Shown here in pieces: positions 10,909 to 22,287 of a stretch of DNA of 34,382 nt. Under the pieces are notes generated by a model that did not search any database, was not told the origin of the DNA, and saw nothing but the letters and a program-made list of their open reading frames with translations. The number at the start of each line of letters is the position of its first letter. Position 1 is the stretch's first letter. Made by a program: the position numbers and the translations under genes. Location of the stretch: the NCBI GenBank assembly GCA_020536535.1, contig JAHLWZ010000311.1, positions 1 to 34,382 of the forward strand, written 5' to 3'. This DNA comes from Pelomyxa schiedti. Lineage: Eukaryota > Protista > Evosea.

Positions 10909-13900
10909 ATGGCGTCAGACGGCAACAACTTGGATGGGGCGTCGTTGGATTTTGACATGTCGGTGCTCGACTCGTTGACTACGGTACGTTCTCGTGCAGT
11001 TGCGTTGTTTTTGTTTGTTCTTACGTCATCCCCAAACAGTTCAACTTTGGTGAAGAGCTCGAAGAAGAGGTACTGTACGAAAACCGATTGAGGAACAATA
11101 GACCTAATGCAAAGTTTTGTTTTTATTTTTACCTGTATTTTTTTTTTTTTTGGTTCTATAGGCAAAAAAACTTGAACCGACCGTGAAAAAACAATCAGGA
11201 CCTGTGTATGATGAAAGGGGATTCAGGCTGCCAACTCCAGGACTGGAAGCTTTCCCTGTAAAGTAGGCAATCCAAATTATCAACAAAACCTCACCGATGT
11301 CAGGGTTCAGACACTTGATGGTCAAGCTCAAGATGTAACTGTAACACATGACTGGGTTATCCGAGTGTGTTACCTAACATTTTCTGTGGCAAAGTACTAA
11401 CTCGGAAATTATAATAGGACATCCGCAAAATTATCGCTGACAGGCTGGGTCTTGATGAAACAATGTTTTTCATGCAAGAAATGCCACCTTCAAACTTGTC
11501 CACATGCAGTGTTACTGTTTCTCTTTCTTGGGCAAGGTTCTCTATTCCGCTGTTAGCCTATCTTTATTCACCTTTGAAAAGATGGCTACAACTTGATTCC
11601 ACAATGACCGATCTTGGAATCACCTCAGGCTCCAGGATGCTTCTCAGAATGAGATGGATTTTAGTCCCGCGCATGCTCCATACTAATAAACCCTTACTTA
11701 CCCAGTTTTTCCATCACGTACACTCTCTGCTCATTTTCAACTTGTATTAACCAATGCAAAGCTTCGACACTTTTTTGTTGTTGAGAGCGCCCCTGTTGAG
11801 AAGCGAGTTGCAATCCGCCTTGCTGGAATTCATTTCCAATTTACACAGGGAAACTATGACTCCACACGGCATCTTACTGGCTTTGTTTCGTAAATGGCTT
11901 CTTTTTTCATCTGTGTACTTACACCACTCAGGAAAAACATAAGAGATTACCTCAGTGAGCTAGTAATTGGGGCCAAGGCATTGGATGTTTTAGAAGGCGC
12001 CGTTGTCTCCTCTTGGGCGCACAATAAAGGCATGACGGCCGAACAGGCAATGATGGAATACATCAAGACAGCACTGAGGGAGGCCGTTTGCTTTGGAGCT
12101 CAAATGTATGACGTAAAGGGTGCTGTATGTATACATTCAGAGCCATCTTTCGTTAGACTAAGCTCTATGTTTTAAGGGACACAGCAGTCGTCGATTGGCA
12201 ATTATGGAAGATGGACTGGCCTTCTATTTTGGGCGTGTGGATGATGTACGAACACTGCCTCCAACCAGAAAGCAACTCATCTTTATCTAACACAGTTTAC
12301 TTTCCTGACGTATAAAGAAATCCGGGGAATTGGTCTCTCCCAAGATGATGATGGTTCTGCATATTTATCCATAAACCATACTGTAGCTTTCACCATTGTA
12401 AGTTGCATTGCTGACACCAGAAAAAAAAAGGGTCCTGATCCACGGGTCTTGGAGAACATCAAAGTTTATACTGCCCATCCAGATATTCTTTTAATTGCTG
12501 TTTGTGGGTATGTTTCTTTTTTCATTTCAATGTTGGTTGAAGGAAACCAAGGTACTGCCACCTCCTTTCAGACCTTGTTCCAGTTCCTTCCAGCATTCCT
12601 CCTATCAACGACTTGCCCAATAAAGCTATGTTCTTGCATCGAAACAGACCGGATATAAGCAGATATCGTACCAGATTGGAGTTGATCAAAAGGAACTTGA
12701 AAAAACAGTATTTCTACCACTTAAATGTAAATACGTACAAACCGATTGCCAAGATTCAAGGCCACGCAAAGGGCAGTTCCCACAAAAATTGTTTCTCAAA
12801 TGAATGCGGCATTGGAAGAGAATAAACCGTGGGAAGCCCTGGTATTTTCTTGCGTCGGATAATTTATCTTTCCTTAATATATCAGGAACTGGCCAACTGT
12901 GATCTGGATGAGAAAAGTATGCAGCTGATTGCCACAGCATTCGATACTGCCTTTAAATTCAAGTTTCCTCATATGTCCCCAAGTAACTCTCATGTTTTTA
13001 AGGTCAAAAATACCTCTTGTGGAGAACGTTTGCATCCAATCAATCGATTTGTCCGGGAATCCCCTGAGAGATGGCATCCCAACCTACGGAGCTCTGTGAG
13101 CGCGATTAATTAACCCACAAAATCCTCGTAACTCGTTTTCAGGAAGACAATTCTTGCTTGTCCCATCCAGACAAAAACTATTGTCCTACGCAGGATTGAC
13201 ATTTCCCAAGGTATTTGTTTTGGAGAGAAAAACTTATACCTTATTCGCTCCAGGGGGAGGTGCATTGTCCGATGCCCTTAAAGCTGCAAGGAATCTAGAA
13301 TCTATTGACGTGAGTTACAATCCTGCAATGGCAGGCACCAAAGGCCTCAGTGAACTCATACGTGGTCTCAGGGTAAGTATCAACCCACCCAGATTTCATC
13401 ATCAATGCTATTTCAGACCGCAAAAGCTCTTCATACCATGCTGTTTGCAAATACCGGAATTGCTGAAATGAACGCCAATGACTTATATGAGCTTATTCAC
13501 AGACACATGGAATCCCTCGTTACTTTGGATCTCCAATTGGCAAATGTGCTCTTCCTTTATTTCTATGTACAAAGTAACAAAGAAACAGTTCATTGGTGAT
13601 GCTTCTATGACTGCTCTTTGCCCTGCATTGAAATTATGCACAAAGTAATCACCCCAAAAAGTAATTATACTGACCAAACGTCAAGACTTGAATCCCTGAA
13701 CCTGGGAAAATGTCAAATAGATGTAAGAAGTGCAATGAATTTATTGGAGGCTATCTCCGACCTGCCTGCACTAAAACAGTAACCATTATCAAGAAACGGA
13801 CCCCTACTGATGCCCTTTTCTCAGTTTATTCTTGGGAGATAATAGGGTTGGACCAAAATTCTGTGAGACGCTCGCCAAACACTATCTTTCTGGAAAATGT

Positions 13901-14983
13901 CCCTCCTTATTGTTTTTGGATGTGTCTCTTAACGAACTTCAAAGTGACAGTCTTGAAGTGGTATGAAGAGAGCCATGGTTTTCTACCTGTTCACCTGCAA
14001 CAATAGTTGCTGAAAGCTCTACCAAAGGGAATACCACTTCAAGAGCTTCTCATTGGAGGAAACATTCTCTCAAGCAGCGGTAAGCCACTACCCACCTAGC
14101 ATGCCCCTAAGAAAATGTTAGGTATCGAGTCTTGTATACATAACATGGTTATACCAACAAGAAAGCTCTCTGTTCTGGGGGTCAGATCTAGTGATCTCAC
14201 TAAAGTATTCTTATTCTTCTGCTCTGAAATCTCTAAACCGGAAAAAGGGCTCTATTCTAGCTGTTTGTGAAGCAATCAAGCAAGGAATAATGACCCGAGT
14301 TGATCTGGCCTTCAATGAATTTAATGTTTCTTCGATTCCGAAAAACCAATCTCATAACGAAAACAGGACAAATGTACCAATAAACTGGTTGAAGCTGTGA
14401 CAGTTTCTCGCTTGGAGACATTGAACCTTGCTGGTTGTGGGTTCACCAACAAGGAAGCCATCAAGCTCTTTGATGCCTTAGCAAACCTTCGGACACTAAA
14501 GAGGTTTCATTGCCACCGCACCTCTTCAATCCCACTCATTTTTCCCAGTATCCGACTTGATGTAAGCAAAATCAGTGGCCCTGGACTCATGAAGGTTCCT
14601 TTACCTCACCCTTCCTTCGCTTCACCCTTTCGTTCATACTCGCACCTTCCGCACACGATTCCCACAACCACTCTTATTCCCGCATTTGATTGTTCCACCA
14701 TACCACGAATATATATATATGTGTATATATATATGTGTATATATCCCACAAACCAACAACACTGACATGCACACAGCTTGCAGCCACCCTCAGGGTCAAC
14801 CAGTCCATCAACACCATAGGAATGTGTGAAATAGAAGCCACAACCAAGGAAATACAGGACTTCTTGGCAGCCATTCCCGAGACCACATCACTGACATCAC
14901 TCGACCTACGCAACAACAAGCTCATGCCCGTCCACATCAAGGAACACACAACTCACCTCTCAAAGGTGGACGTGCTAATTTGA
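10909..14983 (+). CDS. FERM-domain + RNI-like leucine-rich-repeat protein, many exons
   Basis: FERM-like WAHNKGMTAEQAMMEYIKTALREAVCFGAQMYDVK. LRRs LESIDVSYN, LETLNLAGCGF, LTSLDLRNNKL. ATG 10909, TGA 14981-14983. Confidence 0.8.
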
Positions 14984-15117
14984 TAGGGAAAAGAGGTCTA
15001 TTACCCCTTCCAATTTGATAGGGAAAAAAAAATTTATTGACACAGAATAGTCCTGTGCAAGTCATTCTTTATGTTCCTTGGTGTTTGTTTATGTTGCCGT
15101 GTTGTGAGGTTATGTTC

Positions 15118-16582
15118 TCAGTCAAACCAATCGATGTAAACAACAATGCACGTTACATTATCCGTTGTTCCTAGTAAGTTGCGTTAAGTGGGAAGGAAAA
15201 GGAAAAAGTGAATCTCACCTGCATCAAGTGAAGCTTGGACTAAACTCCTGGCGTTTGCAGTTGGATCCATGCCTGCCTCTTTGTTTTTTGCACACAGTGC
15301 TACGGCAGTGTCATAGTTCATCTTTGGGGTTTGTAAGTTTCAACGCAAAAGACAAACTACAACAGACCTTTTCCCAAAGACCATCACAGGCAATTATGAT
15401 GAATTTTACATCTCGATTAAGGGGAATCTAAAGGTTGGAAATAAGTTTTTGTAATCTAAACCGAGATACCTCAGTGATATCAGGTATAGGTGAGACAAAA
15501 TGATCTCTGGATCTAGCGAAGTTTTAACCTCAATAGTTGCACACGCAGAAGCACACCTGTTGTATGGCAGCTTGAATTCAAGATCGCCAAAAGCTCTGCT
15601 TACTGCCAAAGTTCCTAGAACTCGTCCAAACATTACGTGTCCTCCTGCTGCCTCAATCCTAGAATTGTGTGAGAAAGTAAAGTATTGGAAAATGTTTGCC
15701 TTTGTCTTTCACTGAGGATTGTTGGTCGGTGCAGAACACTGATATTCTTCCCGGTGGTTGGTGTCACTTGTATGACGGCTTCAGCATCACCAAGATTTGC
15801 AACCCACATTCTGTTTAGAATGAACATAAAAACAACCAACTTGCATCTCATACCTGTCGTCAACAATTAGAATTGATATAGCAGTGGCTCCACTGCTCCA
15901 CATTGGGGACTGTGCAGCTTTGCGGATTTCCTCTTCCATGGTGCCGAAGCTCGCCTTTAGGGCATCGGCATACCTTCCCTAGTATTTGCGAAATTATGTA
16001 TCAATCAATTTGGAAGTGAATATGTGTACCTCTTGGAATTCAGGGCAAGAGGATAGGATGAGATGCAATCTTTGCTCCGCCAGCTCAGCGGTGTCAATTC
16101 CTCCGTGGCCGTCGTACACAGCATAATACGCCCGGATCCCTGACGACTCTACAAGGGCATTGAGGCAAACATGTGTGTCCTCCATTGTTGGGCGCCTTCC
16201 TGTCATAGTGATGAGAAGGTAGGGCTTCACGAAAACAGTGCATACCGATTACGGATTCGAAGCCGGAGGAAAGCTTGAATTTTGGAGGCGCTGGCGTCGT
16301 TGCTGCGCAAGAAGAAGCTGTGGAGGTAGTAGCGGTTGTGGGTGTGGAAGTAGTAGCCGCCGTGTCGATTGGAGCGGGAGTTGCCGCTGTGGAGGCCTGC
16401 GGTGTCACTGTTGTAGACTCAACAACAGGCGTGGCAGCTACTGCTGGTGTGGTAGCAGGCTCCGACGCGGGTGTAGCTGTTACTGGAGTGGTTGTCTCCG
16501 GTGGAGTTAGTGTTAAAACTTGTGGACTGTCAACGGAAATAACAGGGGTCGTTATAACTGGCGGTGTGACTGGATCTGACAT
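15118..16582 (-). CDS. Protein phosphatase 2C (PPM family) with Thr/Pro/Ala-rich N-terminus
   Basis: GRRPTMED, AVYDGHGG, WVANLGDAEAV, RIEAAGG..GTLAVSRAFGD, IIIACDGLWE, DNVTCIVV; TGA 15118-15120. Confidence 0.93.
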
Positions 16583-17002
16583 GGCCTACAAAGGAGAGAA
16601 AACCAGCAACAACAAGTCCGTACGTTAGATTATGGAGCGCGACATAAAACGAAAATAAAAAGACCCACGGTGTCGTTTTATGTCGGTAATCCGGAGCCCG
16701 GTTGAGGTGCGTTGCCTGCCTATGTCGCACTTGTTTTTTTTTTGTTCTTTTTGTTTATTTGGTGTTTTTTCGTGTTCCCCGAAATCTTCTTGTTGGTTTT
16801 CGTTTGTCTTTCCGTTCGACCCTCCCTCATTCGCAATGGCATTAGAACTCATCTTGGAACCGAGATTGAGAGCCTGATCGTGCAGACTGGAGGATGATCA
16901 TCAGTCTTGTGGGTGACACTTCAACTTGGGTGAACAAAAGAAAAGGAAAAAAAAGGAATTTTTTGATTGTGTCGTTAAGTTTGCGAGTGCTGGTATTACC
17001 GA

Positions 17003-20000
17003 ATGAGCGACAAACAAGGTAAGGATTTATTGTCCCTCTGTACGCCGCGCCGCGTGGAAGATCTTCCGCCTAGATCTTCTCTCGTTGTTTTTTCGCATGT
17101 GGATCTTTCTTTACTTGTGCAGGTGCTACTGGCCGCGCGCCACCTCAAGTTGGGGAGTTGTGGGGAGATTATGTGTTGCGCAGACTTGTGGGAAGCGGTG
17201 CTTTTGGGAGTGTATGGGAAGCCACGTGCACAAAGTCCTCGGTGGCGAGCCCTGTTGCTGTGAAGTTTGTTAATCGCGCAGTGATGGATGCCATGACTAA
17301 AAAGGTACACTTGCTTTTCGTGATAGAGTACCGGTGCTCATTATTGTTTCTTGGACAGTACTTGGATCAGGAAATAAGAGTGCTGGAGATGGTTGATCAC
17401 CCAAATATAATCAAACTTTACGAGACAAAGGTTTTTATGAAAGCGTTGTGCCTCTTTCTCATAATGTATAAGATAATAGGTGATTACCATATCATCGCCA
17501 CTGAATTTTGCAGTGGAGGATCCCTGAAAGATTACTTATCTAATTTTGGTGCAATTCCTGAAGAGAAAATGAGAACCTGGGCCTCCCAATTAGGTTTGAT
17601 CTACTTTGTTTTGTTTTTGAAAAATCAAAACCAAGTAATTCCCTAGTCAGTGCTGTGTGTTATTTGAGAAAAAGGCAAATCTCTCATCGTGATATAAAAC
17701 CAGCAAATGTTTACCTCTACAATGTTCTTCCTTCTTTTTCAACCTAGAATAGATTCTTCTTGCCTCAAGAGACCCAAATGCACCTGTGAAATGTACAACA
17801 CTTTCCTTTTACAAATCCTTTGTTTAATATCAACGTAGTTTGCGATTTCGTAAGTGACAGTTTCACTTGTGGAAGTTTGTTTCTTTATAATAGATTTCTA
17901 GGGTTTTGCTCGCAGTTATTGCCAGACTGCTCCAATGCAATCGGCACTTGGTTGTTCCCTTAATTCTGTTCTTCTTTCTAATGTTTTTAGGCACACCACT
18001 TTATCGGGCACCTGAAATTCCTTTCCAGCAATATGGTCCGTCTGTTGATTTGTGGAGCCTCGGACTAGTGCTTCATGAGGCAAGCAATTCTTACATACTG
18101 AAGAACTTGTTTTAACAAATCAACAACAGATGTTGACTGGACGACCAGCTATTCCTGCAACCACCCTTCAGCAACTGGAGGACATTCTTAGCGATCCGTC
18201 GGAAATAGAGCTCCCACCCTGTTCTCAACCTTGTGCTGATCTCCTTTCAGGATTACTGAAAAAGTTTGTTATCCAGTTATCCACACTTTGTCTGACTTTA
18301 TGTAGGAATCCTGACCAAAGAATATCATATGAGCAGTTAATGCGCCACCCTTTTGTGAAAATTGCCACAGCAATTGTTGTTCTACCTTGGATGTCACCTA
18401 ATCGCCCTCCGCAGTTTATTTCAGTCCAAATAACACCCGATTTATTGTCCAAGTGCTCTACAATAGGAGACCTTTTAGTATTTATCCCCGTTTTAGGAAT
18501 AATCTAATTTGCAAACCAGGCCGAAATCGTGAAGAAAGCAGGAGCAACTGGTGTTCCACATCAGGCGTTTATCCTTAACAGTGGGGACTCAGATTTCCTG
18601 GATTCGAATGAGTCTATTAGTGATCAGACATCTAAGGTAGACAACTTGTGCCTGAAATCAGTCTTACTTCATTAGCTTCTACGCAACGATTTATTGGTGT
18701 TTCCCGTCTGTTTGAGTGACTGCACTTTCCCTGAAAATGTAGCAACTGGACAACCGGATAATTCTATTGGTACCCTGCACGCCAGTTTATTTTCCCTGTT
18801 GACGATTGTTAAAAAGTTGTTTCTCCATGCAGTCCCGGCCTGCCTAAGGAAATAGCTCAAATAGAGTTACAATTCCTTGGAAAGAAAGGGTTAGTTCAGG
18901 TATGATCTCATATAAGCTTTTACGTGGACCAACAAAACAAAAGAGTAGAGCATCCCTTGCAGTTAACGAGTACTACAATGCAATTTCCTTTCACGAACCC
19001 CAGCAGCTTATTTTGAAGGGAATTGTTTGTTTGTGGTCCTTTCTCCGAAATGCAATGAAGTTGCCCCTCTTTGAAAGACCTCTCTTACTCTTTCCAGGCA
19101 ATTGAATGAATCATTCTATCGTCAGGTGGACTCTAATAGGGTTACATTTAATCAGACAATATCCAAATGCACCCAAATTTTAGATGAGGTTTGCATCTAC
19201 CGGTGCAATAGTTTAATTCATTTTGCACAAGGCACAAACTATGCCACTACCAGTAGAGATCCGTAACCTGCGTACTTACCGCACTGCTATTGATTTGATA
19301 CTTATGAATAGTATTCCTCTTGACCTGGAAAAATTTCCTTTGCTATCTGGTAAAAGCCACCTTTAACAACGTAAACCAACTTGTTACTTTGTAGAAGAGA
19401 GTGTTCGGGCATACAACACCGCACGTCAACAATTTCAGTTGACGTACAAGAAATGTGAGAATGCCACCCCAACGACTAGCGTCAGTACTACAACTAGCAA
19501 TGCTACCATGAAAAATATTACGGAGCAGTCTATATTAGATGTTGAAGAGTGCCACGGCGTTATTATGCAGATGGGCGCCACCTCGACCAATATAAACCGC
19601 GAGTTTGTTTCATGCATGCAAAGTAGACGTCCACTCCTGTTTCATTTTTTTAATCTCTCAAAGAAAGCCTGGAGTTTGATGACTTTCTTCGCCGAGTCAA
19701 ATCTCGCCAACCATTCAGGACTGAGGATGCAGTAGCCATGTTGAGTGCACTTGATCAATCTGTTGGCATCATTTCTAGCTGTGCAAGTGAAATTAGCAAG
19801 TCTCTGAAGCTGTCCTTCAAAACTTGTGTATGCATTACTTAACTGCGCATTAACTTACAGAAATTTTAGGTCCAATTGTGGAAGCGCTTTGTCAGCCTCA
19901 CCCAACTACTTTTGGCATATCACAATTGGCACAAGTCTGTCCATGAAAGTTGATAATTTCTCGCACTACTTTCAACTAACCCCTCTTGAGTTGTGGATAC

Positions 20001-20634
20001 TCAAAACAGGATGCTGAAGGATGCAGAATACAATCTCACCGTTGCATCTAACGTGCGAAACTTGATAGAATGGACTTCACCGTGTGTAAAGCACAGCCAA
20101 ACTCCGCACTAACAGCAACTTTATAGCCAATACTTCCAGAAAATGTTGTCAAAGCTTGCAGACGAGTTTATACACAATGTTGATCTAAGAGCCTCGGAAA
20201 TCCCGAAGTAAGACAACTCCTTTCCCTTCCACACCTTCAGCCAGCTCAACTAAATCCCCTGCAGAACCCTCGCACTGCTGAACCTGCAGGAGGACACCCT
20301 TGCCATCCAACACCACCACTTTGCCCCGGACACAGTGCGGTCCGCTTTCCTTTCCGTTCTTCCACCCTCCCAAACCACACCCGCAACACCACAAAACACC
20401 CCCGCAACATCACAACAACAGCCAACCACGCCGTCAACAGCAAAGCGCAGCGAGCCGCAGCCATCCCCTACAGCAACAGCAGCAGCAACAGCCACGGCCG
20501 CGGCACCAGTCCCACCCACCTCCGGCTTTGCCAATTTCTTTGGTAAGAACTCCCCTGCCCCCCCATTTCACTTCCTCTCATTATCTCGTTTCTAACACCG
20601 GCATACACTGACACAAGGTCTAAGGTGGGGATGA
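17003..20634 (+). CDS. ATG1/ULK-like Ser/Thr kinase with a long C-terminal extension
   Basis: GSGAFGSVW, VAVK, HPNIIKLYE, HRDIKPAN, CDF|GFAR, GTPLYRAPE, VDLWSLG, NPDQRISYEQLMRHPF. Followed by multi-exon helical-looking regions and a Pro/Thr-rich tail ending SGFANFFG|LRWG*. Confidence 0.85.
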
Positions 20635-20794
20635 CGACTGGGTTTCCATACTTCCCTCCACATCTTCATCATAGCCCCTTGCCTTACTACCTCTTTTTTG
20701 TTTTGTACCATACACATGAACCCTAAGAAAAAAAAAACCATTTTTTTTTTCCCACTCCCACCTCTTTGCTTGGCCGAGAGGGTGGTACATAAGA

Positions 20795-20865
20795 GCGGGT
20801 GTAGTTTAGAGGTAGAACTTCAGATTGTGGCTCTGAAAACCCTGGTTCGATTCCAGGCACCCGCA
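20795..20865 (+). tRNA. tRNA-His (GTG)
   Basis: Acceptor GCGGGTG/CACCCGC+A; D-arm GTTT..GAAC; anticodon arm TCAGA-TTGTGGC-TCTGA; T-arm CCTGG-TTCGATT-CCAGG. No encoded CCA or G-1. Confidence 0.96.
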
Positions 20866-20869
20866 TATC

Positions 20870-20874
20870 TTTTT
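20870..20874 (+). terminator. Pol III oligo-T terminator for tRNA-His
   Basis: TTTTT 5 nt downstream of the discriminator base. Confidence 0.75.
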
Positions 20875-20961
20875 CTTATGTTTGTTGTGGAATGTGATAC
20901 TAGTCACTCCATCACTGTAAACTCCTTTATTTATTTGCTGGTGTTGCAGACAGAAGTATAA

Positions 20962-21996
20962 TCAGTGGTCGCCGAAAGAGTCCCATCCAGATTCTGTCTG
21001 AATCTGCGAACTGTAAGCTAAACTGTGCTTTTAAGGAAAGGAAATACCGGTGCAGAAAGGTTGTTGCTCAGTGGTGCAAGATCAAGGGATGAGGGGTCTG
21101 TGAGCATGAGTCTTTTTGAATGCTGAACTGCCTGTTTTGGTGGGATTATGACATGCTGTGGAGTTATCACTTTCGGTTCCATTGAAGAAAAGAAATCCTC
21201 ATCTTCTTCCGGTTTCTGAGTTGGTGTCGGCTGCGCGGGCAATTGTGGCTGTGCCGGCTTGTTTATTTGATAATCTGATGTAATGAGGATAAACCATAGA
21301 GAGGGAGGGGACAGATATAGAAATATGGTGATCATAAATAAACGCCCAAGTAGATGGCATACCTTTTGCGGTGAGTACCGCCTGTGGTGCATCCAGCGGC
21401 TTCTCCACTTTCTTAGCCGGGCCCTCATCACCCTTGTGCTTGACAATCTCAGCCGGCTTCCTGCCCTCCTCGTCCTCATTCACATTCTGGTGGTGGTGAA
21501 GATGACCCACACTCGCACTCTCTCCATCGTCTTGGTCTCCTATCTTCCTTTGTTGTTGTTGTTGTTGTTGTTGCTGTTGTTGTTGGTGTCGAATCTGATG
21601 CTGGGGCACAACAGACACCCACGTGTCGTCGGAAGCACCAAAATCGCCAAAGTCATCGCCGCCATTGTCCATCGGCGTCGGTGTGCTATTTACAGCTCCA
21701 GCCGTGGCCGATTTGGCTGCGATGGTTGATGTCGATGTCGATGTTGTTGATGGTGGTGGTGGTTGTAGTGGTCTGTTTTGTTGGTCGCCGTGGACCGCGA
21801 TTGTGATAGCGTTGGCCATCGCGGCGTGGTGGTCCGACTCGGGCGGGTGGGCGGTTGGGGAGTTATGGGACGACGAGGACACCATGGACATGGACGGGGA
21901 CTCGTAGTCGTCGTTGTTGTTGTTGTTGGCCGACGACGCGGTCTGGGTGGTGGTGCCCCACGACCACGGCATACACCCCGTTAGCCAGTTGCCCAT
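20962..21996 (-). CDS. Low-complexity poly-Q protein with an EBAG9/RCAS1-like C-terminal motif and possible N-myristoylation (MG start)
   Basis: MGNWLTGC start; Asn and Gln runs. Exon 2 EEDEDFFSSMEPKVITPQHVII..SKRL; last exon ESGWDSFGDH*. Family assignment is by motif memory only. Confidence 0.6.
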
Positions 21997-22287
21997 TGCG
22001 GTAACTCAATTGTTGGGACGCCGCCTCTACCCTGACTTGCGCAGTCGTGCGAACAACCAATAATTGTCTGTGTGGTTTCTTCCACAAGTAACAACTCGCT
22101 AGCCCCTTCGTCGCTACCACCACGAAACGAATACGTAGTGCAAGGTTTTCTCTCGATTCTGGCAGAGGCAAGCCCTGCCAAAGGGATACAGTTGTTGTGT
22201 GTTTCTGCCAATTTTCTGAGCTGGGGAACAGTGACATTCCCAGAGCTCTCATCATTTTTTTTTTCCTTGGAGGGTGTGATACAAGAC

